A stretch of DNA of 63,877 nucleotides, filler included, from Saprolegnia diclina VS20 (Eukaryota): NCBI RefSeq assembly GCF_000281045.1. It is 7 parts of 2 records of this genome, joined end to end, with 100 filler letters (N's around TTAATTAATTAA, not from the genome) between each part and the next. Parts side by side here need not be neighbours in the genome. Positions count along the whole stretch, not along the records: positions 49,645 to 54,431 come from NW_008246109.1; positions 54,532 to 60,566 come from NW_008246109.1; positions 60,667 to 62,353 come from NW_008246109.1; 4 more parts are not named here. The stretch is one strand, 5' to 3'. Shown here in pieces: positions 49,757-62,453 of the stretch. A program made the position numbers and the translations under genes. Every line of letters starts with the position of its first letter. The first letter of the stretch is position 1. Under the pieces are notes generated by a model. It saw only the letters and a list, made by a program, of their open reading frames with translations, made no database searches and had not been told where the DNA came from.

Positions 49757-52700
49757 ATGGAAGTATCGCACCTTTTGGCCAATGGAACGTGGGTCCCAGA
49801 GCCACCGCCACCTTGCCGGATGCTCCCGACCACCTCCCCCCGGGCGCCGGCGACGCTGGCCCGCGGGCGCAGCTCGTCCAAGCTCGCGGAGCCGGACCCG
49901 TTCTCCCGGCGCAGCCCATCGATGCCACCGGCCGCGACCGGGTCGCCCGTGCGCCTGAACCGGCGTCCCGCGAGCTTCCATGGCCCGCAGGAGTTTGGCG
50001 AGTCGTCCGCGCCGTCGCCAGACGCAAGCAGCAACAACGAAGACATCTCGATGCTCTTTGACATGATCTGCAACGACTATTTCACCGCGCGCTACGCCAG
50101 CAGCGAGAGCGGTATCCACATTCTCGAGGCGTCGCTTGTCAAGCTCTGGAAGGTCATCATGCTACCCGAGAAGACCGTGTCGGCCAAGATGGCCGCGCGC
50201 ATTTCCAAGTTCTGCGAAGACATGGCCAAGGAGTCTTTGGTCAAGGAAGCCGACGCCCGCGCCGCAGTCGCGCGCCAAGCGTCGGACATGGACGCCGACC
50301 TGCAAGTCGAAGGTCTTCTCCGCGACTGGATCAAGCCCAAATTGCTCGTGCTCGTCGAAGAAATGCGCCTCGAGCGCGCGCTGCGCGGTGCATCCTCCAG
50401 CGGCCGGTCGGTGCCGGCGGGCGAAGACGTCGCGTCGCTTGGCGAGATCCGCATCGAGGGCTACCTGCGCAAGAAGGGCCAGCACGTCAACCTCTGGCGC
50501 GAACGGTACTTTATGATCCGGTCGGCGCCCAACGGGACGCATATCCTGTGCTACTTTCGAAAGAAGGGCGACCGCGAGCCCCGAGGTACGCCTCTTTGCC
50601 GACTGCGATCGTGCTCAAAGGCTGTACATAGGCTGGTATGCGCTAGGACCCGGCTGCACGGTCGACGAAGTGCGCGAGTCGCCAAGCCTCATGGAGTCGA
50701 AGCGCCTCTTCACCTTTCGCATTCGGCACTACTCGAGCACGTACTCGGAAGAGTCGGAAGAGTACAACGAAGCGATGCCCATGACGCCATTGGCGACGCC
50801 GGGCACCACATCTGGTGACGGCTTTGACTTTGACTTTGATCCGAAAGCCAACATCAAGAAGGCGCGCATGAAGAAACTCGCAGCGGCGGCCACCGCTGCC
50901 ACGGCCGTTGTACGTCGCTGCCCTTGCATTCCTCTGTGTACCGAGGGCTTGTGTCTTTAGGTTCTCACGGGGGGCCTCGCCGGCATTGGTCTTGTCGGCG
51001 TTGGCGCCGCGGCGGTCTCGTCCGCAGCGCTCACGGCCAGCGCCAGCACGCTCCTCACCAAGAGCTCGGTCGCGCCCTTGTCACTCGCTGCCGAGTCGCT
51101 CGAGACGGCGCTCTGGTGGCGCAACAGCATCCTCGAGTGCATTGCGCAGGCCGAGGCTCATTGGCGTCAATACGTGCACTGGTACCTCGCCCAGGACCGC
51201 GACGTGGACGAAGCGACCGAGTCGCCGCTCCCGCCAACGTCACCACCAACGTCCAAAACGCCCAAGACCACTCGGGCCATCGCGCCGCCGCCGAAAATTG
51301 TGCGCCGGCCGTCGCTCGGGTCCCTGCCACGCTCGATGCTCAAGCAATTTCGCTGGCTCCAGGGCCTCGACCGCTGGAGCTTGTACACGCAAAACTCCAA
51401 CTTGCGCGTGTATGCGCACCCGGTGCCGTCGCCGGCGTGGCCGCCCATGAAAGCCTCGCTGCACATTCCCGCGAGCAGCCAGCGCGTCTTGGACATGCTG
51501 CTGCAGGTACCCTTCTTCTACTACGTTCAGTCCAGAATATGAAATCGCATGTAGACGGACAGTCCATTTTACAAGTCCAACTGCCTCCTGAAGCGGTCCT
51601 ACGTGCTCGAGGCCGTTGATGCCCACACCGACATTGTCTACTGGAAGCTCAGTCCGCAATCACTGTGGCCAGTCGTCGTCGAAGCGCGCGACTTCTGCCT
51701 CTTGCGCTACTGGCACCAAGAGCCCGACGGGTCGTACATCATTTGGTTCCACTCGGTGCAGCACAGCGACTGCCCACCGACGCACGAGCTCCTCGGGTTC
51801 TTTGCCATTTTATACACAATTTCCTGGCTAAAGCAGCAGATATAGGCATCATGACGAGCGCGTCGTGCGNNNNNNNNNNNNNNNNNNNNNNNNNNNNNNN
51901 NNNNNNNNNNNNNNNNNNNNNNNNNNNNNNNNNNNNNNNNNNNNNNNNNNNNNNNNNNNNNNNNNNNNNAAGTCCAACTGCCTCCTGAAGCGGTCCTACG
52001 TGCTCGAGGCCGTTGATGCCCACACCGACATTGTCTACTGGAAGCTCAGTCCGCAATCACTGTGGCCAGTCGTCGTCGAAGCGCGCGACTTCTGCCTCTT
52101 GCGCTACTGGCACCAAGAGCCCGACGGGTCGTACATCATTTGGTTCCACTCGGTGCAGCACAGCGACTGCCCACCGACGCACAAGCTCCTCGGGTTCTTT
52201 GCCATTTTATACACAATTTCCTGGCTAAAGCAGCAGATATAGGCATCATGACGAGCGCGTCGTGCGCGCCTCGATGCTGGGCGCGGGGTTTGTGATTGCA
52301 CCGCCCCGGGGCACGGCCAACGGCTGCTACGTCTCGATGATCGCGCACACCAACCCGGAAGGGTGGCTGCATTCGCGCGCCGGCCTCTCGCTCCAATACA
52401 TGCAAGCGTACCACGTCGAGCTACTCAACCTCCTCGTGGTTCTGCGCACGGCGTTCCACGCGCACGAGTACGTCTCGATGAAGCGCAAGTTTAGCGCGCC
52501 GGCACCGTGCGAGCCGACGCTGCCCGAGGACAACACGCCGCTGCTGGCGCCGTTTGTGCATATGTCGTCGCTCTCGTATGCGCTCGCTGATATGGTATCA
52601 TGCTATCTCTGTCATGTCTAAGCTAATGCATTTAGTACTGGGCCGAGCCCGAAGCCTGCAACTTTAGCGTGCGTGGCCCGCAGTACCCGATCGACAAGGT

Positions 52701-53503
52701 CAAGCTTCCGTCCGGTACACAACGACGAGGATATTTCCGTGTGGATGGATTGGATATTTATGGATACTTGGATAGAGGTGCAAGTGTTTCGGCTCGTGGG
52801 CGTCGAAGCGTACTCGTCGACGACCAAGAAGATGCATTCGTTTGGCCTCAAGAGCTTTCGCAGCGTTGCCCCGTCGCAGTTTTACTTTGTCATCAATTTC
52901 ATGTTTCCCGGTCCGCCGTTCTACAGGTTTGTGGTATCCAGGATAGCATCGAGTTGGATTGTTGACGAATGGATACTTGGATAGTCTCGTGCTCTACTTT
53001 ACGCCCGAAGACGATGCGTTCCTCTCGCAAAAGGCGCCGTGGACCGAGCTTTTTGCCGACTTCTTCGACGGGTGCGACGCCAAGTCTCGTGGTTGGTTCT
53101 CATGGCCGTCTAGCGACGACAGTTCGTTCCGGTCGAATCGGCTCAAGCTCATTCCGCGCGTCATCGAAGGCAACTGGGCGGTGCGCGAAGGCGTGGGCAA
53201 CACGCCAACGATCCTCGGCAACAAGGTAGGCGGCTGCCGTCTATCAGCGAATTGACGTGTGCGTAGGTCACGCAGCGCTACTCGCGCGGCGCCAACTTTT
53301 GTGAAATCGACTATGACATTGCGAGCAGCACCGTCGCGTCCGGCCTCTGCCGACTCCTCCTCAGCTACTCGCAGGACCTCGTCATCGACCTTGGGTTTGT
53401 GCTGGAAGGTGTGACGATGGAAGAGCTGCCCGAGCGCCTCCTCGCATGCGTCCGCCTGCGCAACCTCGACTTGCCGCTCATCGCTGTGCCGTACCCGTAC
53501 TAA
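49757..53503 (+). CDS. PH + START + DUF1336 (EDR2-like) lipid-binding protein, multi-exon
   Basis: PH EGYLRKKGQHVNLWRERYF; START VDAHTDIVYW...ARDFCLLRYWHQEPDGSYII; EDR2_C FSVRGPQY, FRSNRLKLIPRVIEGNWAVREGVGNTP, EELPERLLACVRL. Confidence 0.9.
51573..52266 (+). repeat. ~297-bp direct duplication across a 100-N gap (unmerged contig overlap)
   Basis: 51573-51869 repeats as 51970-52266; one visible SNP (CACGAG vs CACAAG). Confidence 0.9.
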
Positions 53504-54114
53504 GAAGAGTCCACTTGAGGCCGACGCGCCAGCACTTGAACACCCAATATATGTATATATCCCTTGAAATTGGACGTTGGAGGTGGATGGAAAGGTGGAT
53601 AGATGGATACATAGAAAGAAGGATAGATAGATGGTACTTATTTGTCGATCTGGAGGGCTAGGCCAAGGCTAATAGCTGGGGTTAGGCTTAGCGAGGTCGC
53701 CATCGTTGGTGCTTCTCGTTCCTGGCGATGACGCTGCAGCGACCGCGACGAAGCGGCGCAGCTGTCAGTGCTGCCACTCAAGGCCCACGATCTTTGGGCG
53801 GCCGACAAGGATCATTTCTTATCGTCCTTTGGGCCGAGATGCGCACAACATTTCAAAACTACTATGCTTGTAGTCTCTCGATTTGCTAAATTTGCCAACT
53901 GCCCTAAACACTATTAACAAAAACTTGCTTTTGGCGAGCACTCGTCGTGGGTCCGGGCCAGAGCCAAAAGTGGCTCCAAGCAAATACTGGCGGCTCCGCG
54001 TGCCACGTCACGCATGTCTCAAACACAATAGCTGGCCAATGAGCACGCAGTATATCCGGATATATTGCGGCCAACCAAATCGAGCCGCCTCATCCCTTGA
54101 CCGAAGCGAGAGCC

Positions 54115-54431
54115 ATGTCGTCGCCGCCGCCTGCCAAGATCCAGAAGACGGCGCCCGTTCTCACGTGCGAGACATGCGGCGCCAGCACGTTTACCTCGCG
54201 CAACCAGCTCTTCCGCCACATCAAGGACTGCGCAGTCAACATGGCGTACGTCGCCGACGTCAAAGCGTCCGTGCCGACGGCCGAGACGACCCACTTGTAC
54301 TACTATGTCACGGGTGGTCGCCTCTGCGGCAAGACGCTCGGGTCCGTCGAGCGCTACTCGTTTGCGCGCAGCTGCTGGGAAAGCGTCCCGTCCATGCTCG
54401 AGAACCGGGGTTCGCACGGCGCGGTCGGCGT
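54115..54431 (+). CDS. Zinc-finger (C2HC/C2H2-like) + Kelch repeat protein, 5' part (cut by scaffold end)
   Basis: CETCGASTFTSRNQLFRHIKDC, then YVTGG...SVERY...W..VPSM...R..HG Kelch repeat. Confidence 0.85.
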
Positions 54432-54531
54432 NNNNNNNNNNNNNNNNNNNNNNNNNNNNNNNNNNNNNNNNNNNNTTAATTAATTAANNNNNNNNNNNNN
54501 NNNNNNNNNNNNNNNNNNNNNNNNNNNNNNN
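54432..54531. other. Artificial scaffold-joining linker
   Basis: N44-TTAATTAATTAA-N44. Confidence 0.97.
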
Positions 54532-55345
54532 GGCTGCGGGCCGGCTCTGACGGCGGCGTGCCTTGGGCCGGCTTTGACGACGGCGTGTCGAGGCTGCGGG
54601 CCGGCTCTGACGGCGGCGCGTTGGGGTCGGCCGCCACCATGAGTGCCGCTTGGGCATGATTTTCAGCTTTGGCAACCCAAAGAAGAGCTGCGTCATACCA
54701 GTGCGTGTGGAATGTGCCGGCATCGTGGTTCAGCAGAACGACTTCCTTCTCGTGAAGCTTCCGTGGCGTGGCGCTCTTGGGGTCCATGCGTGTGAGCTCT
54801 TCGTTGGCGACTTTGGCGGCCGCTTCGATGTTCAAGGATTCGCGGTACGCCGCTGACACTTTGGCGACTCGTTTGATGACATCGTCCACGGGGTAGCCGT
54901 TTGTTGACACGCCATCGAACGGTCGGAGCACATACGCGACCATGTCCACGTGACGCGCATTCCGAAACGGGATGAGCACGTCGTCACCTCCGATCGTGAG
55001 GAGCACGGTCAACGTCATCGCGGGCCCATCGAAGGCAGTCACGATGCCGTAGCGCCACACTGATTGACCGGCCTGTTCTTTGAGCGAGAAGATGACGTGG
55101 GCGTGCACGTACGTAGCAATGCCCTTCTCGGCTTCGAAATCGCTGACTTTGAAGCCGGTCGCGTTGTACTGGTGTCTGAGAGTTTCCATCTGGACCTGCG
55201 ACCACTGGAGCAGGCCCGAGGACTTGGGCTCGACGAATTCACCATGGTCAGTTTTGTACACGCGGCCGTACGAGAACCCGGCGATGCCAAACGAGCCCCG
55301 TGGCATGAGAACGTAGTGGGTCGACGGGAACACCGACCAGTTCAT
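54532..55345 (-). CDS. Hypothetical protein, partial, ending in Pro/Ser repeats (PPSEPARS)
   Basis: Open frame from ATG 55345 to the scaffold edge; AT-rich upstream region; tandem repeat units at 54532-54620. Confidence 0.5.
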
Positions 55346-55544
55346 GCTGGGCGCCGATTGTAAAATATTGCTCCTGGTCACACTTCTGCTGACGGGATTA
55401 TAAATTATGCGGAGGTATAGTATTGTTTTAAAACCATCAATACATAAGCCCACGAAGGCGGGCCTTCGACCAATTTATAAAATATTCGGGTGATAAATTA
55501 CGGGAAGGGTTTTATCGAATTTCGGTGGTCTATGCACTAAGGGG

Positions 55545-56590
55545 GTTTTGACTCGGCCAGAGCGTCCCGACACCGACCATGCCCACGTACTACGCGCAGC
55601 GCACGTCGCCGGGTGGTCTCCTCATCTCGGAGGCCACGCCCATCTGCCCGGAAAGCCGCCCCAACATTGCCGCGCCAGGTATTTACTCGGCCCGACATGT
55701 GGCAGCGTGGCGCCCCATCACGGACGCGGTGCACGCCAACGGTGGCTTTATCTTTCTTCAAATGTGGCACGTCGGCGGCTCGTCGCACCCGGTCTTTGAC
55801 AAGGAAGGGCGCGCGCCACCGTCGTCGGCGGCCGTCCAGTTCCTTGGTCCGCCTGCCAACACGCCGAACGGCCCGCAGCCGCGCGTTGTCTCGCGCATGC
55901 TCTCGACCGACGAGGTGCAAGAGCTCATCTCGTTCTACGTCCGGGCGGCGACGCTGAGTATTGAGGCGGGCTTTGGCGGCGTCAAAATCCATGGTGCCAA
56001 CGGCTACATCCTCGAGCAGTTCCTCAACGATACGCTCAACAGCCAACGCAATGAGCAATACGGCGGGTCGCTCGAGAACCGTATTCGCCTTGCGGTCGAA
56101 GTCACCAAGGCCGTCGTCGCCGCGTTCGGCGCCGACTGCGTCGGTATCCGCGTTCGGCGCCGACTGCGTCGGTATCCGCCTCAGCCCCTTCTCAGTCATC
56201 AACGGCGCGTACAACTCGGACCCGATCGGGACGTACTCGGCGCTCCTCGAGCAGCTCAACCCGCTCGGCCTTGCGTACGCCCACCTTGTTGAGCCACGCA
56301 TCGAGGTGGCTCGGACGCGAAAGTGCTTCCGGACCCGTCGCTCACCAACGTCACGCCGTTCTGCGCTGTGTACAATGGTGTCCTTATCGTTGCGGGCGGG
56401 TACGGCGGTGACACGGCCGAAGCTGTCGACGCCGTGGCGTTGTACAACCGCGCCACGTTTTACACCAAGGACCACGTCGGCTACGTACGTGTGCATATCT
56501 TTGATGTGTGTTTGGTATGACAATAATGATGCAAACCGACTACAAGACGTGGCTCGAAGGAGCCGAGACGACGACGGTGGCGTACTGTAG
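55545..56590 (+). pseudogene. Old Yellow Enzyme / 12-oxophytodienoate-reductase-like flavin oxidoreductase pseudogene
   Basis: YYAQRTSPGGLLISEAT, FLQMWHVG, IHGANGYILEQFL, YGGSLENRIR, NRATFYT..VGY; N-terminus missing, 28-bp duplication frameshift, internal deletion. Confidence 0.85.
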
Positions 56591-58535
56591 TATCGCAACA
56601 GTTTTGTTCACGTTGTGGATGGGTCGCTCTCAAGTACCACTACATATTAGCTTCGCTAATTTGCACCTCGTGGTTGCTATTCGTAGTGCTGCCACAGCGT
56701 CTGCCAGAGGTGAAGGCGGAGGTTGTTGTTGATGTCTGGGGCTGTGGACATCAAGATCAACTGAAGCGTCGGCGACATGCTTGCATTTTGGCCAATCTCA
56801 TCCGAATATTTGAATTCACCAATCAGCGCGCGTAATGTCGAAAAAGTTCTGCATTTTGCCCAATGGTCTTGCACTGGTTGGCGATTGGGCAGTGAGTGGC
56901 AAGAGCATTTCATCTCGAGTCGGGGTCGTTCGCCCGCCGTCCATCGCAGCAGTCGCTGAGGTCGGCGCGACGAGGCGATCTTCCAGCACGTGAGGCTAAT
57001 GCATGGCTGCCACTGTCCATTGGCAAGCCATGCGTCGTCTGCCCGTCGNNNNNNNNNNNNNNNNNNNNNNNNNNNNNNNNNNNNNNNNNNNNNNNNNNNN
57101 NNNNNNNNNNNNNNNNNNNNNNNNNNNNNNNNNNNNNNNNNNNNNNNNNNNNNNNNNNNNNNNNNNNNNNNNNNNNNNNNNNNNNNNNNNNNNNNNNNNN
57201 NNNNNNNNNNNNNNNNNNNNNNNNNNNNNNNNNNNNNNNNNNNNNNNNNNNNNNNNNNNNNNNNNNNNNNNNNNNNNNNNNNNNNNNNNNNNNNNNNNNN
57301 NNNNNNNNNNNNNNNNNNNNNNNNNNNNNNNNNNNNNNNNNNNNNNNNNNNNNNNNNNNNNNNNNNNNNNNNNNNNNNNNNNNNNNNNNNNNNNNNNNNN
57401 NNNNNNNNNNNNNNNNNNNNNNNNNNNNNNNNNNNNNNNNNNNNNNNNNNNNNNNNNNNNNNNNNNNNNNNNNNNNNNNNNNNNNNNNNNNNNNNNNNNN
57501 NNNNNNNNNNNNNNNNNNNNNNNNNNNNNNNNNNNNNNNNNNNNNNNNNNNNNNNNNNNNNNNNNNNNNNNNNNNNNNNNNNNNNNNNNNNNNNNNNNNN
57601 NNNNNNNNNNNNNNNNNNNNNNNNNNNNNNNNNNNNNNNNNNNNNNNNNNNNNNNNNNNNNNNNNNNNNNNNNNNNNNNNNNNNNNNNNNNNNNNNNNNN
57701 NNNNNNNNNNNNNNNNNNNNNNNNNNNNNNNNNNNNNNNNNNNNNNNNNNNNNNNNNNNNNNNNNNNNNNNNNNNNNNNNNNNNNNNNNNNNNNNNNNNN
57801 NNNNNNNNNNNNNNNNNNNNNNNNNNNNNNNNNNNNNNNNNNNNNNNNNNNNNNNNNNNNNNNNNNNNNNNNNNNNNNNNNNNNNNNNNNNNNNNNNNNN
57901 NNNNNNNNNNNNNNNNNNGAGCAAAATCGCAATCGTGAGGTTCGCCGCGTGCGCCCAGCCCGCGCCGATGCACTGCTTGGACGCGTCAAAGAGCCACACC
58001 TACGCATGAGCATGAGCCATGCGCCATGAACGTTCGCTTGTAGTACGTACGCGGAACGGGCGCTGCTGCTCTTCCTGCGTGGAATCCTGGAGAGGGCGAT
58101 GGAATGAGCGACTCTTGAGAAAAGCTTGGCCCTATTCTTTGTGCGCTATACAGAGTATTTGTATGCAGAATTGATTTGGTTTTAAATCACTTGAAATGCG
58201 AGAGTGGTTGTCGCGAGCGCATGTCAGTTGGATGCAGCATGCTGGATGCTGGATACGCAAATTTTGCGCAAAGCCAAGGGGATGGGCGCAACCCATCGCG
58301 TCAAGAGAGGGTCCCGCCGTGACGTCAGCGACCCAGCATCGCGCCACGGCCGCCGACACCCTCCCTGCGTTTTCCATCGACCGCAACAGAGCGGATTCGG
58401 CTCTGGAATCCGAGATTCGTCGCAAATATTCGCACTCGCTGGCTCCAACCATGATCCATGATACGAACAGGTCCTCTCCTGTACTGCAACCAGTCATATT
58501 AGAAAGAGGGCATACATATATGCTGCCGGCGCAAT

Positions 58536-59589
58536 CTACGACGACGGAGCCGTCGGCGGGTACGTGACGAGCGTAGCAGCCGTGCGCTACCGACGCTTCT
58601 TCATCGGTGGCAGCCGCGCCCACGTGTTGGCGATCGTGTCGTAGGCGTAAAACTCGCGCGACCAGACGCCCTTGGAGATGCCGCCGAGCGCATAGATGGT
58701 CGTGCCGGCCACGTCCGCGTCAAAGCAGTACCACTCGGGGAGCGGGAGGTTCGCCATCGTCACGTACGTATCGTCGGTCGGCGAGTAGCGCACGACGGAC
58801 CGGCCGTGGAGGAGCACAAAGATGTGCTTGCCGATCGTGACCGCCGAGCATGGGCCCGCAATCGGCAGCGGCGCCTTGCGGCTCCACGTGTTGGTCGACG
58901 GGTCAAAGCACTCGACGACGTTCGAGTACCACTGCTTGTTTTCGTGGTCGTGGTCGTCGGCGTTGCCGCCAAACACGTAGAGCTTGCCGTCGTGCGCGGT
59001 GGCACCGAGGAGCCGGCGCGGCACCTCCATGGGCGCCAAGGTTTCGCAACCACGTCGTACTTTTCGAGACGGGCGAGCACTTGAAGCCGTTGACCCAGCC
59101 GCCAGCGCAGTAAATGCTCTTGGTCTCGGGGATGTAGACGACCGCGAGCGCGTGGCGGTACGTGGTCATGGGCGCAATCTGCGACCACGTCGCCGCCGAG
59201 ACGTCGAACTTTTCGCACGTCGCGAGGTTGGAGCGGAAGCCGCCGCCGCCGAGCACAAAGAGCTCGGTGCCAACGCCGACCGCGCCGTGCGAACCCCGGT
59301 TCTCGAGCATGGACGGGACGCTTTCCCAGCAGTTGCGTGCAAACGAGTAGCGCTCGACGGACCCGAGCGTCTTGCCGCAGAGGCGACCACCCGTGACATA
59401 GTAGTACAAGTCGGTCGTCTCGGCCGTCGGCACGGTCGCTTCGACGTCGGCGACGTACGTCATGTTGACTGCGCAGTCCTTGATGTGGCGGAAGAGCTGG
59501 TTGCGCGAGGTAAACGTGCTGGCGTCACATGTCTCGCACGCGAGGATGGGCGCCGTCGTCTGGATCGTGGCGGGCGGCGGCGACGACAT
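58536..59589 (-). pseudogene. Zinc-finger + Kelch repeat gene copy with frameshifts and a premature stop
   Basis: Paralogue or allele of 54115-54431; Kelch repeats continue across three frames near 59040-59075; TAG inside KKRR*RTAATLV. Confidence 0.75.
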
Positions 59590-60358
59590 GGCTCTCTCTT
59601 CGGTCGAAGGATGAGGCGGCTCGATTTGGTTGGCCGCAATATATCCGGATATTCTGCGTGCTCATTGGCCACCAATTGTGTTTGTGACATGCGTGACGTG
59701 GCACGCGGAGCCGTCAGTATTTGTTTGGAGCCATTTTTTGCCTCGGGCTCGTCGACGGAACGCGGTTGTGCAGTGGTGACAACTCCTCTGTCACCGCCTT
59801 CGAGTGATGGTCGGAGCCGCAATGTGTGCGGTTTCGATCCGGCCCGTGGCCTGTGGCCATCGGGATAATGAAGTAATAACAGGCTTTCTTTCGCTTCCTT
59901 GTCAGTGCATTGTCAATGAGCGGTCTGCAGCGTCGGCCCTTCGAACCCGACGACACATCAAACGCTGAGATGGCGAGTGCTCGCCAAAAGCAAGATTTTG
60001 TCAATAGTAGTGTTTAGGGCAGTTGGCAAATTTAGCAAATCGAGAGACTACATGCATAGTAGTTTTGAAATGTTGTGCGCATTGCGGGCCTCGAGTGACA
60101 GCACTGACAGCACATATTTGGGCTTGCGCCGCTTCGTCGTGGTGGCTGCGGCGTCATCGCCAGGAACAAGAAACACCAACGATGGTGAACCCCAGCCATT
60201 AGCCTTGGCCTAGCCCTACAGATCGACACATAAATAGTATCTACCAACTGTATCTATCTATCCATCTTTCCATCCACCTCCAACGTCCAATTTCAAGGGA
60301 TATATATATTAGGTCATGGTGTTCAAGTGCTGGAGCGTCGGCCTTAATTGTACCCTTC

Positions 60359-60566
60359 TTAGTACGGGTACGGCACAGCGATGAGTGGCAAGTCGAGGTT
60401 GCGCAGGCGGACGCACGCGAGGAGGCGCTCGGGCAGCTCTTCCATCGTTGCACCTTCCAGCACAAACCCAAGGTCGATGACGAGGTCCTGCGAGTAGCTG
60501 AGGAGGAGTCGGCAGAGGCCGGACGCGACTGTGCTGCTCGCAATGTCATAGTCGATTTCACAAAAG
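60359..60566 (-). CDS. 3' end of a second EDR2-like (DUF1336) copy, cut by scaffold end
   Basis: Reverse complement matches 53296-53503 with substitutions. Confidence 0.8.
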
Positions 60567-60666
60567 NNNNNNNNNNNNNNNNNNNNNNNNNNNNNNNNNN
60601 NNNNNNNNNNTTAATTAATTAANNNNNNNNNNNNNNNNNNNNNNNNNNNNNNNNNNNNNNNNNNNN
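60567..60666. other. Artificial scaffold-joining linker
   Basis: N44-TTAATTAATTAA-N44. Confidence 0.97.
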
Positions 60667-60729
60667 TTTTTGTTCTAGCGCCATTCAGATCTTATATACG
60701 AAACTGATAATTTGATACAGTTTCCACGC

Positions 60730-61902
60730 TTAAAGAAAACCAATGTCGAGGTCCAAGGCCGATGTGTTTGGCAGCGCAAAGTCGTCGCTCGTCTTGCCAG
60801 ATGCGCTTGGTAGAAGGCGGTCGGGCGAAAGCGATGCCTCCGGAGTCGGGTGAGCGAAAAAATACGGGTGGTGCAGGGCCTACACCGATACTCGATAGCT
60901 TGATAGTAGCCAAGTTTCAAGGACGACCTCTGCTGCCGAGATACGCTTGCTGGGATCGTACTCGAGAAGACGGCTCAGCAGGTCCCATGCCATAGCTGGG
61001 GCTTCTGGCAGCAACACGTCCAGTGGGATGGCCGAGAACGCTGGGAAGGACACCTTGTGGTAGTCGGGCAAGCTCCCGACGCCGGCCCAAGAAGGCGACC
61101 CCAGAACTTGGATCACGCGGAAGAGCTGGTCAATGTCATTGAGACCCGGAAACATTGGCGCATGCTGCAGGNNNNNNNNNNNNNNNNNNNNNNNNNNNNN
61201 NNNNNNNNNNNNNNNNNNNNNNNNNNNNNNNNNNNNNNNNNNNNNNNNNNNNNNNNNNNNNNNNNNNNNNNNNNNNNNNNNNNNNNNNNNNNNNNNNNNN
61301 NNNNNNNNNNNNNNNNNNNNNNNNNNNNNNNNNNNNNNNNNNNNNNNNNNNNNNNNNNNNNNNNNNNNNNNNNNNNNNNNNNNNNNNNNNNNNNNNNNNN
61401 NNNNNNNNNNNNNNNNNNNNNNNNNNNNNNNNNNNNNNNNNNNNNNNNNNNNNNNNNNNNNNNNNNNNNNNNNNNNNNNNNNNNNNNNNNNNNNNNNNNN
61501 NNNNNNNNNNNNNNNNNNNNNNNNNNNNNNNNNNNNNNNNNNNNNNNNNNNNNNNNNNNNNNNNNNNNNNNNNNNNNNNNNNNNNNNNNNNNNNNNNNNN
61601 NNNNNNNNNNNNNNNNNNNNNNNNNNNNNNNNNNNNNNNNNNNNNNNNNNNNNNNNNNNNNNNNNNNNNNNNNNNNNNNNNNNNNNNACGTTGGGGTGGG
61701 CGAGGTGCTGCATGGCTTGGATCTCGTTGAACGCCGCTGACGGGATCAGCGTCATCTTCTCCGTGTCGCCGCCAATGCGAATGCGCTTGAGCGCACAGAT
61801 GCGACCCGTCGCGATCTCTCGGATGCGGTGAACTTCGCCAAAGTTGCCGCGGCCCACGCGCTCGAGCAGCTCGTACACCTCTTCGAAGGTCTTGCCAAGC
61901 AT
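60730..61902 (-). CDS. CDK20: CDK20/CCRK (LF2)-like CMGC kinase; middle in N gap
   Basis: VGRGNFGEV, ALKRI, PSAAFNEIQAMQ; MFPGLNDIDQL, LPDYHKVSF, intron, then ALHHPYFF. Confidence 0.75.
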
Positions 61903-62086
61903 GCGATCTTGTCGGCGTTATGCCACCTGGAAATGGCAATTCCCAAGCCAACCTCATTGCTACAGGCAAGTCTCGCAATAACCCCAATAACATATTAAAA
62001 ATAAATTATCAAGATGCAATTGAGACAGATATGAAAATACACCGGCCCGTTTGCCCATGGGTCAGAAATCAATACTGCAAGAAGCC

Positions 62087-62353
62087 ATGGCGATCGGCCA
62101 CGCTGCGCCGCCGTGCCTCACGTCCACGGTCCGCGTCCTCGACATTCAAAGCGACTGGGACCTGCACGAGGTCGACGAATCCTTCTGGGTCAGCGCTATG
62201 GACCGCCCTGTGCTGCATGACGCAGACCCGGTGCGGGACAGCGCGGCCATGGCAGCGACGACGACGTCGGCGCCAACGGCCGTTTACAAGGACACGAACC
62301 GAGGCGGCCTCATGTACCACATTGCGTCGCAAACGCCGACGCGCTTGACGCTC
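62087..62353 (+). CDS. PAAF1: Proteasomal ATPase-associated factor 1 (PAAF1/Rpn14)-like, N-terminal fragment
   Basis: LDIQSDW...FWVS resembles the PAAF1 N-terminal IQSDW motif; divergent from CDK20; cut by the linker. Confidence 0.55.
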
Positions 62354-62453
62354 NNNNNNNNNNNNNNNNNNNNNNNNNNNNNNNNNNNNNNNNNNNNTTA
62401 ATTAATTAANNNNNNNNNNNNNNNNNNNNNNNNNNNNNNNNNNNNNNNNNNNN
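62354..62453. other. Artificial scaffold-joining linker
   Basis: N44-TTAATTAATTAA-N44. Confidence 0.97.

Noticed and set aside
51782..51845. Possible GC-AG intron in the EDR2-like gene
   Set aside because: A canonical GT donor at ~51798 gives an in-frame ~48-bp intron, so a GC donor is not needed
51573..52266. Apparent tandem exon duplication in the START domain
   Set aside because: The copies flank a 100-N gap and differ by one visible base; an unmerged allelic contig overlap
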